Positions 1-9,886 are shown, counted from the stretch's first letter. The stretch: DNA of 64,000 bases from Gammaproteobacteria bacterium (GCA_045105815.1 JBGCDX010000098.1:5440-69439), one strand, 5' to 3'. Translations and numbers: made by a program. Notes: generated by a model not told the origin, from the letters alone.

Positions 1-635
1 CTCATAGCCTGTACAAATAATATTAATTCATATTATTAATAATTCATCTATACAACCCTTAGGAACCGAAGTCATTTAGTTACTGCGCTACAATGTTGCT
101 TTCTCTTTTATTACTAATGACGTTGATTGAAAATATTCTAGATAGGACCATCACTGTATAGCCAACAAAATATTTGCCTAAACAATCTTCTCTATTTTCT
201 TTCACAAATTTTGTCTGTTTGCGAAATTTTCAGCCGAAAAATAAAAGTTGGTGACACTGATTGGAAACCGATTATTTCTAAGAATAAGAAGCAAGGGGCT
301 TATCACTTAGACCGCCACTCTATTACCTTTTAAGAAATCAGTAAAATCTGATGAAACCTTTTAATTTTTATTTTAAACCGCTAGTCATGGACATTTTGTA
401 ATTTGCAGGAGTAATTTCATTCCACCTGATAACTAACACTAAATTATTCCAGAAAAAATAATTGAATAGTTAATCTTGAGATTGCTTGTATTTTATTGAC
501 CCATTAGGTTATGCACACAGTCTTCAAGAATATATACCATTAGGCATCCCATTATTTATAACATGTGTGATAATAAATTCTGATTAAACCAATTTTTTAA
601 CCTATCACATATTTGTCAACTGGAAATTTTTATTA

Positions 636-1616
636 ATGAGAATCTCATTCTTTTTATTTTATATAGTCTTTTATTTATTAATTTCACCAATTAGTCATGC
701 AGATGAAGTCATTCTATACAACGATGACAAAATTAGCGGCAATATCATAAATAAGACAGATGATGTGCTCACCTTGAAAACAAGTTATGCAGGCATAATA
801 AATATTACATGGAATAAAATTAAATCAATTTCTACTGACATACCTGCACATATTGTACTGAATGATGGTACTAAGATTAATGAAACGATATTAGCTAATA
901 AAACCTCTAGCTCTTCTAGCATTCAACAGATTGCTGAAATTAATCCACCTGTAAGACCAAACTTCATCAACAAAGGCCAGATTAATTTTGGTCTTGATAT
1001 AGAACGCGGTAATTCTGAAGTTGATGATTACCACCTAGACAGTGAAACAGAATTTAGGTGGCTACATGACAGGCTTTCTTTTGAATTGAATGGAGACTTG
1101 CAAGATAGTAATGGTAGAAGCTCTCAACAAAATGCTGAATTTCTGACAGATTATGACCATTTCTTAAATGATAAATTATTTACTTCAACCAGTTTACTAC
1201 TTGAGCATGATAGATTTGCTGACTTAAATTTACGCACCACACTAACCGCTGGAATGGGTTATCAAATATTTGAAGATCGGCGCATGAATTTATTTATTGA
1301 AGGTGGCCCGGGTTATATTTGGGAAAACTTTGATGAAGATGATAATGACAATTTTCCAATAGCCTTCTGGGCATTACAGTTTGATCGCTATTTATTTGAA
1401 AGATGGGGTCTACAAGCTTTTCATGATCATCGCTATAGCCAAAGTTTTGAAGGTGTATCTGACTTTATCTTTACATCTAGCACTGGATTAAGAATTCCGT
1501 TAGCCAATAATTTACAAGCTACCATTCAATTTAATTATGATTGGGATAATATGCCTTCTGAAAATGCAGACGAAGACAATCACGAAACACTATTTACTGC
1601 TGGTTATACATGGTAA
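636..1616 (+). CDS. Putative outer-membrane beta-barrel protein (DUF481/YdiY-like); N-terminal signal peptide
   Basis: ATG at 636. Hydrophobic N-terminus MRISFFLFYIVFYLLISPISHA. Alternating amphipathic segments. C-terminus ends ...TAGYTW with a terminal aromatic residue, typical of OM beta-barrels. Family assignment is from memory. Confidence 0.45.
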   Translation: MRISFFLFYIVFYLLISPISHADEVILYNDDKISGNIINKTDDVLTLKTSYAGIINITWNKIKSISTDIPAHIVLNDGTKINETILANKTSSSSSIQQIAEINPPVRPNFINKGQINFGLDIERGNSEVDDYHLDSETEFRWLHDRLSFELNGDLQDSNGRSSQQNAEFLTDYDHFLNDKLFTSTSLLLEHDRFADLNLRTTLTAGMGYQIFEDRRMNLFIEGGPGYIWENFDEDDNDNFPIAFWALQFDRYLFERWGLQAFHDHRYSQSFEGVSDFIFTSSTGLRIPLANNLQATIQFNYDWDNMPSENADEDNHETLFTAGYTW

Positions 1617-1681
1617 TACTCGTTTTTATATCTACTACCGTTAGCTAACTTAAATATTTTAATAAATATATTATTACCACT

Positions 1682-3175
1682 ATGACATTTAAATTTGACA
1701 ATACATATGCCAAAGAACTTGATGGTTTTTACACTGCGCATCAAAGTGCTGGAGCTCCAGCACCTAAAATCATAAAAGTAAATACGATGCTCGCTAATCA
1801 ACTGGGCATTGATATAAATAGCTTAAGCGAACAACAACAAATAGCGATCTTTTCCGGAAACCATGCACCAGAAGGCTCAGCGCCACTTGCACAAGTGTAT
1901 GCAGGACATCAGTTCGGTGGTTTTTCACAACAATTGGGTGATGGTCGTGCTTTGTTGTTGGGTGAAGTGGTAGATAAGAATGGTTTGCGCTTTGATATTC
2001 AACTAAAGGGCTCTGGTCGCACGCCTTATTCACGTGGCGGTGATGGCAAATCTGCGCTAGGACCGGTCTTGCGTGAATATATTATGAGTGAGGCGATGCA
2101 TGCATTAAATATTCCCACCACGCGCGCACTTGCCGCGGTGACAACAGGTGAAACCGTGATGCGCACCGAACCAACACCAGGTGGAGTATTCACACGCATT
2201 GCCGCAAGTCATATACGGATTGGTACATTCCAGTATTTTGCGGCACGACAAGAAATAGATCATATAAAAAAATTAGCGGATTATGCTATTGAACGACATT
2301 ACCCAAAAATTAAAGAAGAACTAGAAGAAGCTGATAATCTATATTTGTCTTTTCTCGCTCAAATTTGCAATGCTCAAGCTTCATTGGTTGCCCAATGGAT
2401 GTGTGTAGGATTTATTCATGGCGTAATGAATACAGACAACATGACTATTTCTGGTGAAACCATTGATTACGGGCCCTGTGCGTTTATGGACCATTTTGCT
2501 GCTGATACTGTTTATAGTTCGATCGATAAACAAGGTCGCTATGCGTATCACAATCAACCTTCTATTGCACAATGGAATCTTGCACGTTTGGCAGAGGCAT
2601 TATTGCCATTATTTGGTGATGAAACTGAGCAAGGCGTTGAACAAAGTATTAAACAAGCCACAGAAATTCTAGAAGCTTTCCCAGAACAATACACACAATA
2701 CTGGCTGATAGAAATGCGAAAAAAATTGGGGCTACACAGCAAAGAGGAAGAAGACCTAACACTTGCTAACGATTTATTAGCCAGCATGGATACTCAAAAA
2801 GTTGATTACACCCAATTATTCAATTACCTTGCGGATGTGTTGCAGGGCGAAGAGACACTGCCCCATACACTCTTTGATGATGCCACTGCCTTTACATTGT
2901 GGGTGGAACGATGGAAAGAGAGATTAGAACGAGATACTCATAATATTTCTGAAAGTGTTGAATTAATGAAGCAAGTGAACCCAGTTTATATTCCACGTAA
3001 CCACAAAGTGGAAGAAGCGATCGAGGCTGCAGTTGTTCACGAAGATTACTCTAAATTTGAAATATTAATAGACACTCTTAGCAATCCATATCAGTTACAA
3101 GATGGAAAAGACGATTACTCACAACCTGCACCAAAAGAATTTAGTGCGTCATTTAAAACTTTTTGTGGTACTTAG
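1682..3175 (+). CDS. selO: Protein adenylyltransferase SelO (YdiU/UPF0061 family)
   Basis: 497 aa. Contains the SelO hallmark stretch PLAQVYAGHQFGGFSQQLGDGRALLLGE...GSGRTPYSRGGDGKSALGPVLREYIMSEAMHALNIPTTRALA, which is near-identical in pattern to E. coli YdiU. Confidence 0.9.
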   Translation: MTFKFDNTYAKELDGFYTAHQSAGAPAPKIIKVNTMLANQLGIDINSLSEQQQIAIFSGNHAPEGSAPLAQVYAGHQFGGFSQQLGDGRALLLGEVVDKNGLRFDIQLKGSGRTPYSRGGDGKSALGPVLREYIMSEAMHALNIPTTRALAAVTTGETVMRTEPTPGGVFTRIAASHIRIGTFQYFAARQEIDHIKKLADYAIERHYPKIKEELEEADNLYLSFLAQICNAQASLVAQWMCVGFIHGVMNTDNMTISGETIDYGPCAFMDHFAADTVYSSIDKQGRYAYHNQPSIAQWNLARLAEALLPLFGDETEQGVEQSIKQATEILEAFPEQYTQYWLIEMRKKLGLHSKEEEDLTLANDLLASMDTQKVDYTQLFNYLADVLQGEETLPHTLFDDATAFTLWVERWKERLERDTHNISESVELMKQVNPVYIPRNHKVEEAIEAAVVHEDYSKFEILIDTLSNPYQLQDGKDDYSQPAPKEFSASFKTFCGT

Positions 3176-3201
3176 CCAGCCCCAAATACCAAGTATTTAT
3201 T

Positions 3202-4056
3202 CTAGCCTGGTAGCACTTCTGCATTAATCGGCAAACTATCGTCTCTCGACCATTCATTCCATGAACCAAGATAATTACGCAAATGTTTAAAGCCTGCTAA
3301 GTGCATCGCTACTAATGTATTGGAAACACGTGCACCTTTGAAGCAATAAATAATAATGTCGTCATCGGGATAAAGCCCATATTCTGCACACATGGCACGT
3401 ACTTTTTCTGGTGATTTAAACAATGGCATCCCTTCTGTTCGTTCCATAAAGTTGTACCACTCTATCCAACGTGCACCAGGCAAACGACCCTTACGTGGCG
3501 CAAAATCAATGCCGTAGGGAGATGAACTTTCTCCCGTCCACTCCACTTTATCGCGATTGTCTAATAGCTTTACATTAGGGTCACTCAATGACGCCAATAC
3601 CTCATCTTTTGTCGCGAGGATATTGTCTTGAGTCTTCACTTTAAAATTTGATGACTCAGTTACGGGGACAATGTCATCAACTGCAAAGCTTTTTTTATTC
3701 CACATGGAAAAGCCACCATCTAAGATGCCGGTATCAGGATGACCCAAATAGGTTAAAAACCAGTAACCGCGGCATGACCCACCATAGCGACTATCAAATG
3801 CATCTTCATAGATAATTACTTTCTTCTCATGTGTAATACCTGCAGCAGAAAACAGTGCTTGAAATTTATCTTGTAATTCTTTTAGTCCTTTGTCAGTTGT
3901 TTCTGCAAGATAAAAGAATATATCAGGAATACTTACCGCACCTGGAATATGACTTTTTTTATATTCATCTTCGTCACGGATATCAACCACTATTGTATTA
4001 CCTTCAGAAATGAACTCTTGAAGCTCTTCTGGTGAGTAAAGTATTTTATTTGTCAT
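3202..4056 (-). CDS. Two-domain rhodanese sulfurtransferase (thiosulfate/3-mercaptopyruvate sulfurtransferase, SseA-like)
   Basis: 284 aa, ATG at 4054-4056. Two rhodanese-like halves. Active-site Cys lies in IIYCFKGARVS. Convergent with selO. Confidence 0.8.
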   Translation of the reverse strand: MTNKILYSPEELQEFISEGNTIVVDIRDEDEYKKSHIPGAVSIPDIFFYLAETTDKGLKELQDKFQALFSAAGITHEKKVIIYEDAFDSRYGGSCRGYWFLTYLGHPDTGILDGGFSMWNKKSFAVDDIVPVTESSNFKVKTQDNILATKDEVLASLSDPNVKLLDNRDKVEWTGESSSPYGIDFAPRKGRLPGARWIEWYNFMERTEGMPLFKSPEKVRAMCAEYGLYPDDDIIIYCFKGARVSNTLVAMHLAGFKHLRNYLGSWNEWSRDDSLPINAEVLPG

Positions 4057-4363
4057 AGTTAACCTAATAAATTCTTATGATGTTCAAAGTGTATTAATTT
4101 TTGTAGTAATCATTATTGACATGAATCATTCTAATAATAATTAATTAAACAGAGCGTTTGATTAGCCATAGAGTAGCCTCAAATATTATTTTTAAATTTA
4201 TTTCGATGCATTTAAATCACTATGATGCTATTGCTACTACCAAGAAACAAATAGTTAAAAACTATGTATAGAATCAGGGTTACCTATATAAGCTAAATTG
4301 AATACCTAGATCGCTAAGCTAGCGCTACAATGGTCATTAGTAATGCATTGAGAGATATCGAAC

Positions 4364-4960
4364 ATGAAACTATATAACGCCGAGTTTTCTGGGAATTGCT
4401 ATAAAGTTCGTTTGCTTTTATCTCTTCTAAATATCGATCGGGAAATTGTACCAATCGACATTATCAACAAAGAACATAAGTCCCCTAGTTATTTGACCAA
4501 AAACCCATTAGGTGAGTTGCCGGCTCTTGAAGATGGTGCACATACGTTGCGTGACTCCCAAGCAATTCTTGTTTATCTTGCAAAAAAATATGGTAAGGAT
4601 GTTTGGCTACCAAACAACGCAAAAGAAATGGCTCTTGTTACGCAATGGTTATCTACTGCTTGTAACGATATTGCTCGTGGACCGATGGATGCAAGAGCTC
4701 ACTATAAATTTAAATTTGATGTCGATATTGAAAAAGCACGTGAAAAAAGCACGTCTATTTTAACCGTGATTAACAATCATCTTGCTGCTAGAGAATGGCT
4801 AGAACTGAATCGTGCAACCATCGCAGACATTGCTTGCTTTCCCTATATTGCACTTGCCCATGAAGGAAAAATATCTTTAGAGCCTTATACTAATATAAAA
4901 AAATGGATTACTAATATAAAAAAATTACCTAATTACATTTCAATGCCAGGATTAGATTAA
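4364..4960 (+). CDS. Glutathione S-transferase family protein
   Basis: 198 aa. N-terminal thioredoxin-like GST fold (MKLYNAEFSGNCYKVRLLLSLLNID...NPLGELPALEDGAHTLRDSQAILVYLAKKYG) and a helical C-terminal domain. Confidence 0.8.
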   Translation: MKLYNAEFSGNCYKVRLLLSLLNIDREIVPIDIINKEHKSPSYLTKNPLGELPALEDGAHTLRDSQAILVYLAKKYGKDVWLPNNAKEMALVTQWLSTACNDIARGPMDARAHYKFKFDVDIEKAREKSTSILTVINNHLAAREWLELNRATIADIACFPYIALAHEGKISLEPYTNIKKWITNIKKLPNYISMPGLD

Positions 4961-4964
4961 CTTT

Positions 4965-6347
4965 CTAATCCTCTATTACCCGCATGCTTTTCCATGGCCC
5001 AGTTTTAAATCTCCAGTAAAACACCGCACAGTAAATAACTACATTAATGGTGATGATCCACCATAGCCCATGCATCGTTGCATCAAAGTATTTAATATAT
5101 AAGTAACACGGAATAATTAATAAAAATATTGATATCACGATACTCATTTTCATAATGAAGCGTGTATCTCCCGCACCCTCTAACGCACCTAAAAACACTA
5201 AAAATATTGCATCAAATAAACAAAAGAATGCAACAAACCTTAAGAGCACTACTATCGTTTCAACACCGTTATCTAGTTCTTCTAGCCCACCATTTAAAGT
5301 AAATGGATAAATAAATATTTTAGGGATCGTTAAGTACATTACTGCGAGTACACCAAAAAATGCTAACGCTAAATGAATAGCTGACCAAGCTGCTTTTTCA
5401 GCCAACTCTGGTTTATTCTCACCTATTCTTTGACCCACTATCACTGCTACACCAATCATCATTCCAACCATTGGTAAAAATGAAAGCGCTTCAATATTGA
5501 AGGCAATATTGGTTGTCACACCTTCATGTGTACCCAATGTACCCACAAACATTAAAAAAGCAGTAAATGCTGACATGTCAATGAATAGCCTAAGCCCATT
5601 TGGCGCCCCAAAATAGATCAGTCTATTAAAAAGCTTTCGATTGAAATTCCAAGAAGCAAGTAAGTTAAATCGCTTGCGATATTTATTTTTAAAAATTAAA
5701 TATAGATACACTAATGACCCAGATATCACTGCTATATTACTAGCTGTTGCTGCACCTCGAATACCCATTTCAGGGAAACCATAATTTCCAAAAATTAAAG
5801 CATAGTCCAAGCCTATATTGATGACCGTGATGAGTATACTTACCCACATCACCACCAGAGTTTTACCTAACCCAGAAAAGAAGCTTGCTAGTGCATTGTT
5901 TAGCACCATAAACATAGCTGAGTACATTAGTATTTTAAAATACAAGGTCTCTTGCACTTGCACTTGTGGCTCATGACCCACTAAAGAGAAAAAACTTTCT
6001 GCTAAAAAGTAGGCAGGAATGATGATCAACAACGACATGGCGCTAAAATATATTCCCTGCCAAATAATTGCGCCGATTTTATTCTCTTCAGTTGCACCAT
6101 AATACTGGGCAACAAATGTATTTACATAGGCTGCTGTGCCAATAAAAAAACATAGCATTGCAAAGCTTGCCATCCCTGCTGGCATAGCGGCAGCTATTGC
6201 ATCAGGCGAATACCAAGCCAGAAACATTCGGTCAAAAAATAATAATATACTCCAAGCACCTGTACTTAAAATTAATGGAGTTGAAATTACTAATACTTCA
6301 CGATACCCACTTTCTTCAGACCAACGACGTTGCAAAGCTTTAAACAT
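4965..6347 (-). CDS. MATE family multidrug/sodium efflux transporter (NorM-like)
   Basis: 460 aa with about 12 predicted TM segments. MATE-like N-terminus MFKALQRRWSEESGYREVLVISTPLILSTG. Confidence 0.85.
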   Translation of the reverse strand: MFKALQRRWSEESGYREVLVISTPLILSTGAWSILLFFDRMFLAWYSPDAIAAAMPAGMASFAMLCFFIGTAAYVNTFVAQYYGATEENKIGAIIWQGIYFSAMSLLIIIPAYFLAESFFSLVGHEPQVQVQETLYFKILMYSAMFMVLNNALASFFSGLGKTLVVMWVSILITVINIGLDYALIFGNYGFPEMGIRGAATASNIAVISGSLVYLYLIFKNKYRKRFNLLASWNFNRKLFNRLIYFGAPNGLRLFIDMSAFTAFLMFVGTLGTHEGVTTNIAFNIEALSFLPMVGMMIGVAVIVGQRIGENKPELAEKAAWSAIHLALAFFGVLAVMYLTIPKIFIYPFTLNGGLEELDNGVETIVVLLRFVAFFCLFDAIFLVFLGALEGAGDTRFIMKMSIVISIFLLIIPCYLYIKYFDATMHGLWWIITINVVIYCAVFYWRFKTGPWKSMRVIED

Positions 6348-6403
6348 GCATGAATCTTACAGAGATTTTGTTCAGTAATAATATATGCATTAATTAACAT
6401 ACA

Positions 6404-6435
6404 TAAAAAAAGCCTCGCATAGCGAGGCTTTTTTG
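6404..6435. terminator. Bidirectional rho-independent terminator (A-run, 8-bp GC-rich stem AGCCTCGC/GCGAGGCT, T-run)
   Basis: aaaaaaAGCCTCGCatAGCGAGGCTtttttt lies immediately downstream of the minus-strand His-rich gene. It also faces the plus direction. Confidence 0.6.
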
Positions 6436-6485
6436 GTTCTTGTAGTATTATCTTTATTTTATATTAGCAAATAGGTCATCTTTTT

Positions 6486-6941
6486 TTAGCGACGATCTCG
6501 GTTGCGATCTCTATCCCGACGATCTCTATCTCTGTTTGAATCTCGACCCCTATGATTATCATGACCTCGATCATAGTGTCGATCATGTTTTACATGGTGT
6601 CTTCGATCACGGTACTTATCATAATGATGTCGGTCCCGCTTATAGTAACGACGTTCTTTATAATGGTGTCGATCACGATGACCATAATGGCGCTTATAAT
6701 CACGATGATAGTAATGATGCTTCTTGTGCTTGTAATAACGTTTACCATGACCACAACTTGGCCCATGCCTGTGTCCACGGTTATAACCATGTCCGTAATC
6801 GCTGTAACCAATTAGAACACTCCATGGATAATCGTTATAACCCACATTCCCATACACGCCTCCTCTGGCATGCGATGGAGCGGCGGCGGCCAATAACAGC
6901 ATCCCTACTGGTATTAGTATTAGCTTTTGCTTGATATTCAT
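6486..6941 (-). CDS. Secreted histidine/tyrosine/arginine-rich low-complexity protein (function unknown)
   Basis: The ORF track extends to a GTG at 6956. The ATG at 6941 is preceded by a perfect AGGAGA RBS. Signal peptide MNIKQKLILIPVGMLLLAAAAPSHA. The mature part is dominated by H/Y/R/K/D and ends in an RDRDRRDRDRNRDRR tail. Confidence 0.6.
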   Translation of the reverse strand: MNIKQKLILIPVGMLLLAAAAPSHARGGVYGNVGYNDYPWSVLIGYSDYGHGYNRGHRHGPSCGHGKRYYKHKKHHYYHRDYKRHYGHRDRHHYKERRYYKRDRHHYDKYRDRRHHVKHDRHYDRGHDNHRGRDSNRDRDRRDRDRNRDRR

Positions 6942-7355
6942 TCCATATCTCCTCACTACTTTTTGCTATCGATACCCCTATAACGTCTAGCATGGCTAAT
7001 TGGTTGACGCATACCTCAAAACCTTATTATTTTAAGCTTACTGGAATGCTAACTAACTGATAAATATGGTCATTGAATACGTTTAAATTTATCAGGTTTT
7101 TATTTAACCAATATAATTAACATCATTTTCAAATATACGCCGATGCATATTAAGGATGATTCGCTGAGCATCCATCTACACTAAAATGCTAGCCAGATTT
7201 TACGCCTGAAAAATCAATATTCGGTTATTTAAAGATGTCATCGAAATTGGTTAAAATTCAGCGCCAAATGTATTAAGATTCATACAGTTACGGGATACAA
7301 TCGCCTTCTCGGGAATCAAAGCCCATCGATTAATATTTAGGGAGAGAATATTTTA

Positions 7356-8657
7356 ATGACCACTCTTGATTATCCATCAAAAGAACAGCAAGCCGATACA
7401 CACGAGCTTGAACTTGGTCTTGAAATCCCTGTGCTTGAAGCATCTGAAAATGAATTAGCTTCACTTCGTTCAGCCTACGAAGCCGCAAGTTCTATACGTG
7501 ATGAATTACAAGTAAAATTAAAAACGGCTGTGGAATTCTCTAACGAGCAAGCCAAAGTTATAGAAGACATTAAAGATAGCCCATCGGAAGTTGCAGAATT
7601 AAAAGCTTTGCTTGGCAAAGCAACCGAACGAAACAATGTCCTCAGCACTAGTCTAAAAGAACGTGATATTGAAATTCAGGATGCAAATGATGAGATCACA
7701 TTCTTACGTGCAAGTGTTGCTGAACTAGAAGCGGTAAAAACTCAGCTCGATAACGCTGATGAAGATAATCGAGTTATTAGCAAGTCACTACAAGAACGTG
7801 AAACTGAGGTTGCAAACCTCAAGGAAAAAATATCAGTATTGCGATCAAAAATAATTGATATACAAGAAGTCAGAGAACAACTTAAACAAGCCGATAGCGA
7901 TAACCAAATATTAAGCAAAGAACTTGAAGACCAACGCATTCACTTAACTACACGAATTGAAGAGTTAGACAGCCAAATTGAATCGTTTGGCTCAATAAAG
8001 AAAGAATTTAATAAGCGTGGTACTGAGCTGAAACAGTTACAAGATGAATTAGGTCATTCTGATAATAAAATTTATCAACTTACCGGTGAAATTGAACAAC
8101 GCACCGAAAGAGAAAAACTATTACAGCAACAAATTGAAAAAGACATGAAGTCTCTCGAGTTACATGAAGTGAAAATACAGGCGCAAGAGCTTCAGCTAGA
8201 TGAGATGAATAGCTTACGCACCAATCTTATGGATCGAGAAAATCAAGTTACTGAACTCAATCAAAATCTAGAAGCTGAGCGTTCTCGTATTCGCTTACTT
8301 GAAACCGAAATGAGTGAAGCCCACATGGTAGTTAATAGCTTGCAAACTAAAATTGAAAGCGCCAACCAAGCTATACCAACTTTAGAACAAAATATACGTA
8401 TACGTGATGAGAAAATTTCCTCGCTAACAGAAGAAATAGCTGCTCATCAAGAACGGCTTGAAGCTTATATTAATTCTATTAACTTACGTGACAGCAAAAT
8501 CAACTCTCTTGAAAACGTCTTAAATCAGGCTAAAGAGCAGGTAAAACCACTACGCACTGAACTATCCACACAAGAAACTCGCATTCATGATCTTGAAAAA
8601 TTATTTCAAGAAGCCCAAAAGATTGTTCCCATTCCTAAGCGGGAAGAAGTTAAATAA
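7356..8657 (+). CDS. Cytoplasmic coiled-coil protein (no TM, no recognisable enzymatic domain); paralog of the N-terminal part of 27563-29503
   Basis: 433 aa. RBS GGGAGAG upstream. Heptad-rich sequence throughout. The segment EVAELKALLGKATERNN matches EIRELKTLLGQATQRYN in the 27563 protein. Confidence 0.6.
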   Translation: MTTLDYPSKEQQADTHELELGLEIPVLEASENELASLRSAYEAASSIRDELQVKLKTAVEFSNEQAKVIEDIKDSPSEVAELKALLGKATERNNVLSTSLKERDIEIQDANDEITFLRASVAELEAVKTQLDNADEDNRVISKSLQERETEVANLKEKISVLRSKIIDIQEVREQLKQADSDNQILSKELEDQRIHLTTRIEELDSQIESFGSIKKEFNKRGTELKQLQDELGHSDNKIYQLTGEIEQRTEREKLLQQQIEKDMKSLELHEVKIQAQELQLDEMNSLRTNLMDRENQVTELNQNLEAERSRIRLLETEMSEAHMVVNSLQTKIESANQAIPTLEQNIRIRDEKISSLTEEIAAHQERLEAYINSINLRDSKINSLENVLNQAKEQVKPLRTELSTQETRIHDLEKLFQEAQKIVPIPKREEVK

Positions 8658-8757
8658 ATATAATCAACGTTACCATCACACTCCGCATATCAGCTTCTAA
8701 TCAGCGACCTGGTCTAAATGACAATAAGTCGAACTTCACATTTTATATGTAGAAGTC

Positions 8758-8785
8758 TTGACTTCATTTAGATTCGCCCTACAAT
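8758..8785 (+). promoter_or_regulatory. Candidate sigma70 promoter (TTGACT, 16-bp spacer, TACAAT)
   Basis: cTTGACTtcatttagattcgcccTACAATg lies in the 314-bp gap between the coiled-coil gene and the EamA gene. Confidence 0.4.
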
Positions 8786-8791
8786 GCCCGC

Positions 8792-8956
8792 CATGAATTA
8801 CACAAGTACACAATATATTTTACGCACACTATGGCAACTGGTAACTAAACCAGTCTGGCAAAAACCTGTGTGTGAATCTATTTTATGTTGATGTAATAAC
8901 CACAAAATTTAGTTTCATAAGGCCGCAGGTTTTTAACTTGCGGCCTTTTTTTTGGT
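8792..8956 (+). ncRNA. Candidate small RNA or transcribed leader, about 160 nt, bounded by the predicted promoter and a strong intrinsic terminator
   Basis: Contains no ORF. It ends in GGCCGCAggtttttaactTGCGGCC followed by TTTTTTTTGGTTTTTTTT, 16 nt before the EamA start codon. Confidence 0.3.
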
Positions 8957-8971
8957 TTTTTTTAAGGAAAA

Positions 8972-9886
8972 ATGATGTTTGTACGTGCTGCCTACATTGG
9001 TGTGGTACTTATTTGGAGCACCACTCCCCTCGCTATTCAATGGAGTAGCGAATCTGGTGACTATTTATTTGCGATTAGCTTGAGAATGCTGATTGGCTTG
9101 AGCGTGTTGTATGTAATATTTTCTATCACACAATTAAAGCTATCAAGCGCTCGTTCTGCTATGCAGTGCTATGTGACAAGTGGTTTAGGAATTATTGTTT
9201 CCATGACTTGTGTGTACTGGGGTGCGCAATTTATTCCATCAGGATGGATAGCTGTAATTTTCGGACTATCACCCATTAGCACTGGATTGCTATCTGCATT
9301 GTTTATAAATGAGAAAAACATTTCATCATTCAAGGTTGCCGGCATGGTTATGGGCTTATTGGGCTTAATCGTTATCTTTGGGACAAGCAATCAGTTAAAC
9401 GCGCAAGTGTTATGGGGTGTATTTGCAGTATTTGTTAGTACCTTTACTCATTCATTAAGTGCTGTATTAATAAAACGAATAAACGCACCCATTTCAGGTG
9501 TTGAAGCTTCGTTAGGAGGCCTTACTGTGGCAGTACCTATCTTATTACTAAGTTTACTTTTTTCAGGTAAAGCAGTACCTATTGATATGCCAACATATGC
9601 TTGGGCGTCGATATTGTATTTGGGGGTAATTGCAACAGCACTTGGATTTACTTTGTATTACTACATTCTGAAAAACTTAGAGGCAATTCGCGTCTCGATG
9701 ATAACGTTGATTACTCCTGTAATTGCATTACTACTTGGTGGTGTATTGAATAACGAACCACTTACTGCATCAATCTTAATTGGTGTAGCTTTAGTGGTCA
9801 TTGGATTAGCCATGTTTCAGTTCGAAAAAAATATTGGATACTGGTTGAGACAAGTACTAAAAATTCGGCCACTTATGCATAAATAA
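8972..9886 (+). CDS. EamA/DMT-superfamily transporter
   Basis: 304 aa with about 10 TM helices. Shows the tandem EamA-like halves typical of drug/metabolite transporters. Confidence 0.75.
   Translation: MMFVRAAYIGVVLIWSTTPLAIQWSSESGDYLFAISLRMLIGLSVLYVIFSITQLKLSSARSAMQCYVTSGLGIIVSMTCVYWGAQFIPSGWIAVIFGLSPISTGLLSALFINEKNISSFKVAGMVMGLLGLIVIFGTSNQLNAQVLWGVFAVFVSTFTHSLSAVLIKRINAPISGVEASLGGLTVAVPILLLSLLFSGKAVPIDMPTYAWASILYLGVIATALGFTLYYYILKNLEAIRVSMITLITPVIALLLGGVLNNEPLTASILIGVALVVIGLAMFQFEKNIGYWLRQVLKIRPLMHK

Noticed and set aside
1-635. 635-bp AT-rich region at the window start with no ORF of 60 aa or more
   Set aside because: I looked for tRNA-like cloverleafs, repeats and promoter or terminator pairs. 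I found only weak TTGACA-like hexamers without matching -10 elements. It is probably just the promoter or leader of the outer-membrane protein gene plus the 3' flank of an upstream gene that lies outside the window.
6536-6934. Plus-strand ORFs of 132, 87 and 73 aa (6536-6934, 6552-6815, and minus-strand 6590-6811 in another frame) overlapping the His-rich gene
   Set aside because: They are frame artefacts of the highly biased, repetitive DNA that encodes the HYRD-rich protein. They are hydrophobic or low-complexity and have no RBS. Only the minus-strand frame has an AGGAGA-ATG start, a signal peptide and a terminator.
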